Shown: positions 24,093 through 32,000, counted from the first letter of the stretch. The stretch is 32,000 nucleotides of DNA from Candidatus Korarchaeum cryptofilum OPF8 (GCF_000019605.1 NC_010482.1:1140001-1172000), one strand, 5' to 3'. Translations and numbers: made by a program. The notes: generated by a model not told the origin, from the letters alone.

Positions 24093-24620
24093 ATGGGTAT
24101 TATGCCAAGGCTGATCCTCGTGCTAGGGGACATAACGGAAGTTGAGTCCGATGCTATCGTCAACCCGGCCAACGTATTCTTGATGATGGGAGGGGGCGTT
24201 GCCGGAGCTATAAAGAGAAAGGGAGGGGAGGAAATAGAGAGGGAGGCCATGAGAAAGGCACCTTTAAAGATAGGTGAAGCCATAGAGACCTCAGCTGGGA
24301 AGTTAAAAGCGAAATATGTGATACATGCACCCACCGTGGAGAGCCCGGGGGGATCCAGTAGCCCCGAATACATAAGGGCTGCTGTCAAAGCATCTTTGAA
24401 GAAGGGGGAAGAGCTCGGGATTAGGAGTATAGCTTTTCCTGCGATGGGAGCTGGAGTTGGGGGAGTTCCGGTGGAAGAATCCGTTAGGATAATACTTGAG
24501 GAAATAAAGGCGTCTCCCATCGAGGAGGTACTCTTAGTGACTAGGAACAAGCAGGACTTAGAGGTATTCAAGAGAGTTTCTGAGTATATGGGAATACCGT
24601 TCGAGGTACGAGGGGTTTAG
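24093..24620 (+). CDS. Macro-domain protein (ADP-ribose / O-acetyl-ADP-ribose binding or hydrolase, Af1521-like)
   Basis: GDITEVESDAIVNPANVFLMMGGGVAGAI and IAFPAMGAGVGGVP motifs. It lies 14 nt after the Trm112-like gene. Confidence 0.9.
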   Translation: MGIMPRLILVLGDITEVESDAIVNPANVFLMMGGGVAGAIKRKGGEEIEREAMRKAPLKIGEAIETSAGKLKAKYVIHAPTVESPGGSSSPEYIRAAVKASLKKGEELGIRSIAFPAMGAGVGGVPVEESVRIILEEIKASPIEEVLLVTRNKQDLEVFKRVSEYMGIPFEVRGV

Positions 24621-24644
24621 GTTCACGGTAGGGAGGCAGTAACG

Positions 24645-24654
24645 TTAATATATT
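24645..24654 (+). promoter_or_regulatory. TATA-like box of the tRNA-Tyr gene
   Basis: TTAATATATT is centred about 28 nt upstream of the tRNA 5' end at 24678. Confidence 0.45.
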
Positions 24655-24677
24655 ACTTATGCCAGGGTTATGGATGG

Positions 24678-24793
24678 CGGGGCGTAGCTCAGCCTGGTAG
24701 AGCGGCCGGCTGTAGTGGGCGTCTATTGACGCTCCGTCAGCGGCAGCTCCCACAGAAACCGGCAGGCCGGGGGTTCGAGTCCCCCCGCCCCGA
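24678..24793 (+). tRNA. tRNA-Tyr (anticodon GTA at 24712-24714) with 42-nt intron (24716-24757); no encoded CCA
   Basis: Hand-folded. Acceptor CGGGGCG/CGCCCCG (C1-G72) with discriminator A. D arm GCTC-AGCCTGGTA-GAGC. Anticodon stem GCCGG/CCGGC. Variable loop AGGCC. T arm GGGGG-TTCGAGT-CCCCC. The intron follows position 37 and folds into a bulge-helix-bulge. Confidence 0.9.
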
Positions 24794-24794
24794 T

Positions 24795-25145
24795 TTAATC
24801 TATCCTTCTCATTATGAAACCGCCTAGCAATGTCCTCTCCAAGTTCTTAGCTATTATTTCCACGGAAGCCCTCTCAAGCTCATCAATGCTCATAGATCTG
24901 ACAGCCTGATATGCTTCCTTTCTCATAGAATCGTGCTCCTCACATGCTAAGAAGAGATCTTCATCTGCGATGAGGATTCCCCTAACTATAATCCTCCTGA
25001 GAGGTATCTTATTCTCCTCCGAAAGTAGTATATGGGATATCTCGTGGAACCTCTCACGAAGTTGTTTTAAAGCCTCCATGACCTCTCTATCATCGGGCTC
25101 CTTGCCCAGCCTCATTTCGCTCAGTAAGTTTAGTAGATCAATCAT
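24795..25145 (-). CDS. Hypothetical all-helical protein (116 aa)
   Basis: ATG ORF with coding-like composition. The stop codon lies 1 nt from the tRNA 3' end (convergent). Confidence 0.5.
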   Translation of the reverse strand: MIDLLNLLSEMRLGKEPDDREVMEALKQLRERFHEISHILLSEENKIPLRRIIVRGILIADEDLFLACEEHDSMRKEAYQAVRSMSIDELERASVEIIAKNLERTLLGGFIMRRID

Positions 25146-25262
25146 CGAGAACTCAAGGTACCCCGGGTCTATAAATCTACCGCGGGAAACCCTTAGAATT
25201 GACTAGACCGATATCACTTTTTTTCAGAATTTTGTAAAAATTATATATTTTTAATACAGTAG

Positions 25263-25281
25263 TAAGAATTTTTTATTCTTA
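25263..25281. promoter_or_regulatory. Inverted repeat TAAGAAT-TTTTT-ATTCTTA inside an extremely AT-rich spacer
   Basis: Read directly. 7-bp arms and a 5-nt spacer, within the 25215-25340 AT island. Confidence 0.3.
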
Positions 25282-25322
25282 ATATTCAATTAATAATTAA
25301 TTTTTTCTTCGCAGATATTACG

Positions 25323-25336
25323 TATATTTTTTATTT
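25323..25336 (+). promoter_or_regulatory. TATA-like element for the 25357 gene (leaderless spacing)
   Basis: TATATTTTTTATTT is centred about 27 nt upstream of the ATG at 25357. Confidence 0.4.
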
Positions 25337-25356
25337 GGGCTGGCCCACTCCGTGAG

Positions 25357-26052
25357 ATGAGAGAAAAAGTCATAAGTCTAATAATCCTGACCTCGATCGC
25401 GATAATCTCGCTGTATACCTATCTTTACTTCAGACCCGGTCCTAATGAGTTCCTCTGGTTGGTTATCTTAGTTGCATGGATACTCCTAGTCATTTTCTTC
25501 ATAGCTAAGAGGGTGGAGAGATGGCAGAACTTCTATGTCGCAAGGAAGATAATACACATACTCACTGGAGGTGTTGCAGCATTCCTAGCTCCTTACATCT
25601 TCAATTCGCCGGCCATACCCCTGATCGGAGGATTAGGAATGTTTGCACTCACTTTCATCCCGAGACTTGAGGGGAAGAAGTTCGATTGGTTCCAAGTAGA
25701 GGGGAACTGGGGTGAGGTCTGGTTCTGTCTGACTTGGACACTTGTCGTATGCGGGTTCTGGTACTTGGATCTGAATGCTGGCATAGCTTCAGCGCTTTTC
25801 ATGGCTGTAGGTGATGGAGTCACCGGTATAGTGAGGAATAAGGTTTATGGAAGGTGGAGTAAGGGTCTTGCCGGAAGTTTAGCGATGCTTCTAGTTTCCT
25901 TACCCATAGGATGGTATTATAAGGGTCTCCCTGGGATAATCGCATCTTTGGTTGCTACAGCGATCGAAAAAATGAAGGGAGTAGATGATAATATAACGGT
26001 ACCGCTTATATCGGCCTTAGTGATGTTCTTACTCCCTCAGGGGATTGGATGA
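25357..26052 (+). CDS. Polytopic membrane protein, polyprenol/dolichol-kinase-like (CTP-transferase-1 superfamily), divergent paralogue
   Basis: RKIIHILTGG motif and MAVGDGVTGIVRNKVYG block, with about 7 TMs. It lacks the KT-EG block seen in the next gene. Confidence 0.5.
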   Translation: MREKVISLIILTSIAIISLYTYLYFRPGPNEFLWLVILVAWILLVIFFIAKRVERWQNFYVARKIIHILTGGVAAFLAPYIFNSPAIPLIGGLGMFALTFIPRLEGKKFDWFQVEGNWGEVWFCLTWTLVVCGFWYLDLNAGIASALFMAVGDGVTGIVRNKVYGRWSKGLAGSLAMLLVSLPIGWYYKGLPGIIASLVATAIEKMKGVDDNITVPLISALVMFLLPQGIG

Positions 26053-26681
26053 TCGGGGAGACTATAAGAAAGCTTATCCACGTGATCTTCTCACTCTTAC
26101 TGGCTATCCCTCTATTTTTGAAGGGTTATATAGAGCCTGGGATCGTCTATGGAGCAGCTCTAGCCTTGGGAGGGATAATATATTCAACTCAGGTTAAGGG
26201 CCTTCCCGAATGGCTCAAGGCGAGTATGCAAATCCCCCAAGTCAGGCATCTGGAAGCTATGGTAGAATCCTTTGAGAAATTGATAAGCATGGTAGAGAGG
26301 GATTACGAGAGGAGGAGCGGATGGTTGGGCATGATGTCAGGTCTCATCGGAGGGGCATCCTCATACTTCATATTTGGACACCACATGATCTACGGCGTTT
26401 TAGCCCTAGTATTCGTTGACGGAATTTCCGCTATTTTCGGGATGAATTTTGGGAGAAGAGGTGTCCCGTTCAGCAATAAAACAATCGAAGGGACACTTTC
26501 CGGATTCTTGTCATTCTATATAATTTTGATCCCCATAACTGGTAAATTGATTGAGTCATTGATATTAGCGGCGGCCTCATCGATATCCGAGCTCTATGGT
26601 ATTGAGGACAACATCTCAGTACCCATAGTCGCCTCAGCGGTATCTTACTTCTTGGGCCTACCGGTCCTAATATATCCCTGA
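26049..26681 (+). CDS. Dolichol/polyprenol kinase-like membrane protein (CTP-transferase-1 superfamily)
   Basis: IRKLIHVIF motif and VDGISAIFGMNFGRRGVPFSNKTIEGTLSGFLSFY block. ATGA overlap with the upstream paralogue. Confidence 0.6.
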   Translation: MIGETIRKLIHVIFSLLLAIPLFLKGYIEPGIVYGAALALGGIIYSTQVKGLPEWLKASMQIPQVRHLEAMVESFEKLISMVERDYERRSGWLGMMSGLIGGASSYFIFGHHMIYGVLALVFVDGISAIFGMNFGRRGVPFSNKTIEGTLSGFLSFYIILIPITGKLIESLILAAASSISELYGIEDNISVPIVASAVSYFLGLPVLIYP

Positions 26682-26856
26682 GGCATACGTCAAAATCTCT
26701 ACCTAGAATCCCTTAAGCATCAATAAAATTTATCTATCTTGGGAAGAAAAGTAGATCCTTATCACTCAAACTGTCTATCTGAAGGGTTACATGAGGAATT
26801 CGACTCCCGTCACAGCACATTTATCTAAACTCGGGTGGTAGCTCTAGGGGATTGCT

Positions 26857-27984
26857 TTGATACCGATATCTAAGCCATGCATAGGTGAGAGGGAGATCTT
26901 AAGCGTATCTGAAGTCCTGAGATCCGGAAAACTGGCTCAAGGGGAGCTCGTTGAGAGATTCGAGAGGTCCTTCTCCTCCTATGTGGGAAGTAAGTATGCC
27001 ATCGCTGTTTCCAACGGTACGGCTGCATTACATGTAGCCCTTATTGCAATGGGCGTTGGACCCGGGGATGAGGTCATAGTCCCCAGCTATACGTTTTTCG
27101 CGACGGCATCGACTGTAATACTCTCGGGAGCTAGACCCGTCTTCGTCGATGTTGACCCGAGGACAGGTACGATGGATCCGAAAGATGTCAAGAGGAAGAT
27201 CTCGGGGAGGACTAAGGTGGTGGTACCTGTCCATATACATGGGCATCCAGCTGATTTAGATGCTATTGGGGAAGTTTTGGGGGAAAGGGAGATCCTAATT
27301 TTGGAGGATTGCGCTCAGGCACACGGAGCCCTCTACAAGGGCCGGAAAGTTGGGGCTATAGGTGAGGTAGGAGCCTTCAGCTTCTATCCGACTAAGAACA
27401 TGACTACAGGGGAAGGGGGTATTATAACGACGAACGATGAGGAGATATACTTAAGGGCTAGAGCCATCAGGGATCAGGGGCAGATCTCAAAATATGAGCA
27501 TCACTTCATAGGATTCAATTACAGGATGACTGAGATAAATGCTGCAATAGGATTGGTTCAGCTCGAAAGATTAGATGAATTCAACAGAAGGAGGAAGGAG
27601 ATAGCTTCAATTTACACGGAAGAATTATCGGATCTTGTTGAAACGCCATATGTCGCTGAATGGGCCGATCCCGTCTGGCACCTCTACCCGGTGAGGGTGA
27701 GAGGGAAGAGAGATAAAGCACTGAAGCTCTTGGCCGAGGAAGGCGTTATGGCCAGAGCAGCTTATCCGATGCCCCTGCAGGAACAACCCGTGATCTCAAA
27801 ATTAAAAGATAGATATCATAATTTCCTCAGCACACTATTCGAGGATCTCGAGATCTCCGGAGACACGCCGAATGCTAAGGCCCTCTGTGAGGAAATACTA
27901 TATCTTCCCTTATATCACTGCATGACTGATGAGGAAGTTGAGAAAGTCGTCAAGGTAGCTAAGTCCGTCTTCAGATCCCTTTAG
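26857..27984 (+). CDS. DegT/DnrJ/EryC1/StrS-family PLP-dependent sugar aminotransferase
   Basis: IPISKPCIGEREI...VSNGTAALHVAL, DCAQAHGA and SFYPTKNMTTGEGG (PLP lysine). TTG start with AGGGGA upstream. Confidence 0.9.
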   Translation: MIPISKPCIGEREILSVSEVLRSGKLAQGELVERFERSFSSYVGSKYAIAVSNGTAALHVALIAMGVGPGDEVIVPSYTFFATASTVILSGARPVFVDVDPRTGTMDPKDVKRKISGRTKVVVPVHIHGHPADLDAIGEVLGEREILILEDCAQAHGALYKGRKVGAIGEVGAFSFYPTKNMTTGEGGIITTNDEEIYLRARAIRDQGQISKYEHHFIGFNYRMTEINAAIGLVQLERLDEFNRRRKEIASIYTEELSDLVETPYVAEWADPVWHLYPVRVRGKRDKALKLLAEEGVMARAAYPMPLQEQPVISKLKDRYHNFLSTLFEDLEISGDTPNAKALCEEILYLPLYHCMTDEEVEKVVKVAKSVFRSL

Positions 27985-29608
27985 CGGCTTCTATAAATGA
28001 GACGTATGTCGGGCTGGGCCTCCCGGGCCTGGATTTGAACTCCGGATGGAACTGAACTCCGACGAAATATGGGTGGCCTTCAACTTCGAAGGCGTTTATT
28101 ATCTCCCCCGAGGGATCTACTGCAGTCACTCTATAACCCGCTCCTTCCATCCTCTCAGCGTACTCCTTTATTATGTGATACCTGTGCCTGAACCTCTCCA
28201 CTATCCTATCCCTCCCGTAAGCGGCCCTCAGCTTCCCTCCCAGCAATACGACTTCGTGACCTCCGAGCCTCATCGTTCCCCCGATCTCCTTGACTGCCTT
28301 CTGCTCCGGGAGGAGATCTACTACAGGCCACGGAGTGTTCGCGTCTATCTCAGTGGAATTAGCTCCCTTCCAGCCCATCACCTCCCTAGCGAAAGCTACT
28401 GTAGCTAGCTGAGCGCCGAAGCATATGCCTAAGAAGGGCTTCTCATTTTTTAGCGCCCAAGAGGCGGCGTATATCATCCCCTCGGTCCCCCTCGACCCGA
28501 AACCTGGTGTTAAAACTATTCCATCTGCGCCCTCCATCTTCTCCAGTTCATCACCCCTCTCTATACACTCAGAATCCACGGGAATTATCTCCGGGAGGAC
28601 CCCTAGAAAGGCCCCGGCATGCTTAATTGCTTCTAATATGGAGATGTAGACATCCGCCATCCTCCAGTATTTCCCGACCATCGCTATCCTCTTCCTGATA
28701 CCTACCTTGAACTTCCTCACTATCTCCTCCCACTCGCTCAGATCGGGGCTGCCATCTATGTGGAGCTTCTCGGAGAGTATCTTACCAAATCCTTGATTCT
28801 CCAGATATAGAGGTAGCTCGTAAGTAACGCTTAAGTTCGGGTCATCGAAAACGGAATTAAGGGGGACGCTAGCATAGAGAGCCAGCTTCTTCTTCACGTT
28901 TTCCGGTAGAGGAGATGAGGTCCTAGCGATAACTATATCCGGCGGTAGACCTGCAGCTAGGATCTCCCTGAAGAACAGTTGAGCTGGCTTCGTCTTAAAT
29001 TCTCCTACTGTTTCAACGAAAGGAACATATGTAACGTGAACATGCAGCGAATTCCCACTGCCTAGCTCCAATCTTAGTTGTCTGAGGGCTTCAACGAAAG
29101 CCATAGCCTCGTAATCTCCTACAGTTCCACCGAGCTCTACGATTAGTACATCGGGCCTCTCCCTTTCAGCCACCCCGTATATCCTGCTCTTGATCTCGTT
29201 AGTGACGTGGGGGATCAACCTTATCGTCTGTCCGAGGTAATGCCCCCTCCTCTCCCCTAATATCACGCTAAGCATCACTTGACCGCTCGTTATGTTATTG
29301 GAGGGGTGCATATTTATATCGAGGAACCTCTCATAATGGCCGAAATCTTCATCTATTTCGGCTATCTTGAACTCCACACCTCCAGGGCTGAAGTTCCATA
29401 CATCCTCCGTTATGAATACCTCTCCATGCTCTACGGGATTCAGGGTCCCAGGATCCGGGTTCAGATAAGGATCTATCTTTATCATTGAGACAGATAAGCC
29501 CCTAGATTGGACTATTTTCCCTATTGATGCAGCTACCACACCTTTACCGAGTCCGCTTATCACGCCACCGGTTACTAGTATGAGCTTGAAGTCCACGGAG
29601 CATTCCAT
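27971..29608 (-). CDS. pyrG: CTP synthase
   Basis: ILVTGGVISGLGKGVVAASIG, GGTVGDYE, the GATase domain GICFGAQL (Cys) and QFHPEF. Confidence 0.95.
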   Translation of the reverse strand: MECSVDFKLILVTGGVISGLGKGVVAASIGKIVQSRGLSVSMIKIDPYLNPDPGTLNPVEHGEVFITEDVWNFSPGGVEFKIAEIDEDFGHYERFLDINMHPSNNITSGQVMLSVILGERRGHYLGQTIRLIPHVTNEIKSRIYGVAERERPDVLIVELGGTVGDYEAMAFVEALRQLRLELGSGNSLHVHVTYVPFVETVGEFKTKPAQLFFREILAAGLPPDIVIARTSSPLPENVKKKLALYASVPLNSVFDDPNLSVTYELPLYLENQGFGKILSEKLHIDGSPDLSEWEEIVRKFKVGIRKRIAMVGKYWRMADVYISILEAIKHAGAFLGVLPEIIPVDSECIERGDELEKMEGADGIVLTPGFGSRGTEGMIYAASWALKNEKPFLGICFGAQLATVAFAREVMGWKGANSTEIDANTPWPVVDLLPEQKAVKEIGGTMRLGGHEVVLLGGKLRAAYGRDRIVERFRHRYHIIKEYAERMEGAGYRVTAVDPSGEIINAFEVEGHPYFVGVQFHPEFKSRPGRPSPTYVSFIEAAKGI

Positions 29609-29688
29609 GATGTGTTAGAAATAAATAGGTGACGAGGGCGGAGGCCTCTCCGCAATGGATATTCTTTCATAGAATTCGAATTTTTGAA

Positions 29689-29958
29689 TTACTTTTGAAT
29701 GGAAGTCGGATATAGCCTCCTTATCTCCTCCAATTTATCCAATCCTCTCCTCAATCTGTCCTCCGAGATCAGGCCCATCTCGAGCCATGATCTCAAGTTC
29801 TCATTGAGCTGAGCGATGAGTTGATCGAGCGCTTCAGGCGGTAACTTCGATATAAGATCCCTTATGAGATCCATATTACACTCCGAGCCTTGAACGAATC
29901 CCCTGAGCTCGGACATTATGGCATTATACACATGCTCGAAGCTCGGGTAGTCCGGCAT
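29689..29958 (-). CDS. Hypothetical helical protein (89 aa)
   Basis: ATG ORF with coding-like composition and no recognised motif. Confidence 0.45.
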   Translation of the reverse strand: MPDYPSFEHVYNAIMSELRGFVQGSECNMDLIRDLISKLPPEALDQLIAQLNENLRSWLEMGLISEDRLRRGLDKLEEIRRLYPTSIQK

Positions 29959-30062
29959 ATCTATCTAAGTATTTACGGGAGAGATAAATTAAAAAACATT
30001 TCGTTCAATGGGCTTTACCGGTACGATTCTCGGAAAATTTTGTTAAAAATTTTGAAAATGTC

Positions 30063-30788
30063 TTAGGAGGGTGCTGCTGGTGGATTGAACACGTTATCCT
30101 GGACAGAGGAGGAAATCGTCTTCGCTATTGCTTCAATTCTCTTAGTAATGATGTTATTTGTCTTCTCCATGTAGAGGTAATATACGGGGACTCCCTTGTC
30201 CGTTATGCATACCTCCCTCAGGACTTCTAGCTCGCCTGAAGTCTCCTTCGCATAGTAACAATAGCCCTTCTGACCAGCGTAGTTCCTGGATCCGTTATAT
30301 GAGGGAGAGCCTAGCTTACTTCCTTCACCCACCGGATCCCTCAAGTTCTCCTCGCCCGTGGATTGGATCGCCTCCTCGACTGATCCGCTCTGTAAGCATG
30401 ACCAATCCTCCCCAGCGGGCTTTGAGCATACTACGTTTGAATTCCCGGATCTTATAATCGTATATTGGATGTTTTCCATCGAGAGATCTAATCTATATTT
30501 ATCCCCCTTAAGATAGACCGAGAGCTCCCCTATCTTACTCATATTGACCTCGAGATCGTAATTCACCGAGAATTCCCTGATCGATAGAAATCTGTCCCCG
30601 AAGGAGAAGGGCGCTGCCTGAGTCCCTGTCGTTTGAGTTTGAGATGCCTGCTGTGTCTTTTGAGCTTCAGTGTAAGTTCCCAGGAGGGACGGAGCTACGC
30701 CCCTGTACATAACTGTATACGCGGATCCCAGCACTATCAGGACGATTACTATGACTCCCATCAGGAGTAGAGTATCACGATCCATCAT
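30063..30788 (-). CDS. Membrane-anchored extracytoplasmic protein with T/Q-rich linker
   Basis: N-terminal TM LLLMGVIVIVLIVLGSAY, a linker TEAQKTQQASQTQTTGTQA and a Cys-containing globular part. It lies 71 nt downstream of the cytochrome b gene on the same strand. Confidence 0.6.
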   Translation of the reverse strand: MMDRDTLLLMGVIVIVLIVLGSAYTVMYRGVAPSLLGTYTEAQKTQQASQTQTTGTQAAPFSFGDRFLSIREFSVNYDLEVNMSKIGELSVYLKGDKYRLDLSMENIQYTIIRSGNSNVVCSKPAGEDWSCLQSGSVEEAIQSTGEENLRDPVGEGSKLGSPSYNGSRNYAGQKGYCYYAKETSGELEVLREVCITDKGVPVYYLYMEKTNNIITKRIEAIAKTISSSVQDNVFNPPAAPS

Positions 30789-30859
30789 AGATCGCCTCTA
30801 GCACGGGATAAAAAAAATATTTCAGTTGATTGGCGAATAGATGATATACTGATTTACCT

Positions 30860-32000
30860 TCATATTTTTACCTCTTTTTGCCTTGTTATGTAAGGAATAT
30901 CTAATGTTATGACTTTAGCTATGAATATTACCCATCCTAAAGCCATTATTGAGATACCGAAGTATATAGCTGCGAGCGAGTAGAGCCCCTGTAGGTGGGA
31001 GTTAACCCCTAGAGCGAGAGAGACTGCTTGTATTATCAGGATAAGCGCTAAGATATACTTAGCTTGATCCAGTATCTGGGGCTTATGCCTCACTCTTCCC
31101 ACTCTAGCTGCCTTCTTAGGCGGAATGGGCTTCGAAGTGTACTTCGCTACCGGCAGCCCTATTATTATGGCCGTAACCAGGCCAACTGCTATAGCGTAGA
31201 TGAGCGGGATCTCCTGACCCGGCGTCAGAGTACCATATATCGTGAACACTATAAATTCTCCCAAGAGTATTGAGCCGTATAGAGTCGCTATCCTCCTGTT
31301 CCTGGGGTGCCTGCTATACGCAGGGTCTATCCATGGCATGAGGACGAGCACCAGTAGCATTATGCCTGGGACGACTGCGAAGGCCAGGAATGGATCTACT
31401 CCTGTTTTTATCCCAGCATAAATCGCCATCAGGTACCACTCAGGCTGGCCAACTGGTAGGGTTTCAGTTGGTAGGAACTTCTGACCGAGTTCCGCCGGGA
31501 ATGCTGCCGATAGTATTATGAGGGCTCCTAAGACTACGAAGATAGCTGAGATCTCAGTCAATAGATGGTTGGGGAAGAATGGAACTGCAGGCTCGGGATC
31601 AGAGCCATCGTAAGGCGGAGAAGCATGATGCTCATGAACCATCAGGAAGTGCAGCAGTGCTAGTAAAGCTATGAGCCCCGCTACGAGTATGTGATAGGCG
31701 AAGTACCTACCTATTATCTCATCGAAAGTGCCTATCCCGTATATGAGGGGAGCTATCCACTTCCCCCCGGGCATGTTGGATACGAGCGTATTCCCTATCC
31801 TTATCGCCTCAGCCGCTATATGATCCATCCTGAGCGAGTAACCCGTCACTCCACCCAATATCGCGAGCAGCCCTGCTAGTATACCAATAACATAAGTCAG
31901 TTCGTGGGGCCTCTTATAAGCCCCCATGAAGTAGACCCTGAGGAAGTGCAGCATCGCGAGGAGTATCATGAGGTTGGCCGCGTAGTTATGAAGGCTCCTT
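30860..32000 (-). CDS. Di-haem cytochrome b (N- and C-terminal domains fused, two extra C-terminal TMs); 5' end beyond window
   Basis: The frame stays open to position 32000 (…SLHNYAANLMILLAMLHFLRVYF). There are two His pairs each with 13 intervening residues (HNYAANLMILLAMLH and HILVAGLIALLALLH), and GAYKRPHELTYVIG matches the GxYxxPRExxW region. Confidence 0.85.
   Translation of the reverse strand, partial: RSLHNYAANLMILLAMLHFLRVYFMGAYKRPHELTYVIGILAGLLAILGGVTGYSLRMDHIAAEAIRIGNTLVSNMPGGKWIAPLIYGIGTFDEIIGRYFAYHILVAGLIALLALLHFLMVHEHHASPPYDGSDPEPAVPFFPNHLLTEISAIFVVLGALIILSAAFPAELGQKFLPTETLPVGQPEWYLMAIYAGIKTGVDPFLAFAVVPGIMLLVLVLMPWIDPAYSRHPRNRRIATLYGSILLGEFIVFTIYGTLTPGQEIPLIYAIAVGLVTAIIIGLPVAKYTSKPIPPKKAARVGRVRHKPQILDQAKYILALILIIQAVSLALGVNSHLQGLYSLAAIYFGISIMALGWVIFIAKVITLDIPYITRQKEVKI

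Noticed and set aside
24093-24620. The macro-domain protein considered as a DarG-like antitoxin or defence component.
   Set aside because: There is no DarT-like or other toxin or NADase gene adjacent. The size and motifs fit the housekeeping Af1521/MacroD type.
24568-24753. A 61-aa minus-strand ORF.
   Set aside because: It overlaps the tRNA-Tyr gene and the end of the macro-domain gene, and the tRNA explains the sequence.
24795-25145. An R-x5-H (RFHEISH) motif in the 116-aa helical protein, considered as a HEPN nuclease signature.
   Set aside because: The motif sits near the N-terminus rather than in the usual C-terminal helix, there is no partner MNT or antitoxin gene, and such short motifs occur by chance.
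25215-25340. The AT island considered as a replication origin.
   Set aside because: No orc1/cdc6 gene is adjacent, and I could not recognise repeated ORB-like boxes. It is kept only as a low-interest finding.
24678-25356. An integrated mobile element at the tRNA-Tyr gene.
   Set aside because: No integrase or other mobile-element gene lies nearby. I could not find a second copy of the tRNA 3' segment (GGGTTCGAGTCCCCCCGCCCCGA) in the window. The downstream genes look like ordinary chromosomal genes.
29638-29653. A hairpin GCGGAG-GCCT-CTCCGC between the 89-aa ORF and pyrG.
   Set aside because: It is a short 6-bp stem in a spacer and fits an incidental or weak termination or processing signal. 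Nothing further supports a riboswitch or ncRNA.

Overview
This window reads as a compact archaeal chromosomal segment of roughly 50% G+C by eye, with Arg mostly AGG/AGA and Ile often ATA. It is about 90% coding and consists mostly of housekeeping genes. Archaeal markers include a stand-alone GMP synthase B subunit, aSUI1, Tsr3, a single-fold histone, the ADP-forming acetyl-CoA synthetase alpha subunit, an Nre-type repair protein and a geranylgeranyl reductase. There is also a tRNA-Tyr(GTA) with a C1-G72 pair and a 42-nt intron in a textbook bulge-helix-bulge fold. A thermophilic TACK/Korarchaeota-like source is plausible, but I cannot assign it without a database search. Other recognisable genes are pheA, pyrG, a DegT-type sugar aminotransferase, two tandem polyprenol/dolichol-kinase-like membrane proteins, a macro-domain protein, a Trm112-like protein, a Nudix hydrolase, a HAD phosphatase and a di-haem cytochrome b that runs off the 3' edge. 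I saw no rRNA, CRISPR array, transposase, integrase or classical defence gene. The least-explained content is as follows. (1) Two ABC-2 exporter modules of different ATPase subtype are each physically tied to a signal-peptide-bearing, C-terminally anchored beta-sandwich (CARDB-like) surface protein. (2) A four-gene overlapping operon runs acidic EEEEC-tail protein, small TM protein, coiled-coil wHTH, Nre. (3) A DUF1512-like, TM zinc-ribbon, Nudix operon. (4) A type-2 RNase H with an RNase HIII-like N-domain starts 56 nt inside a surface-protein gene. (5) A GC-rich stop-free frame lies behind a PurM-like gene and is reachable by a +1 shift at UCC-UGA. All functional calls rest on motif recognition by eye, since no searches were run, so treat family names as hypotheses.
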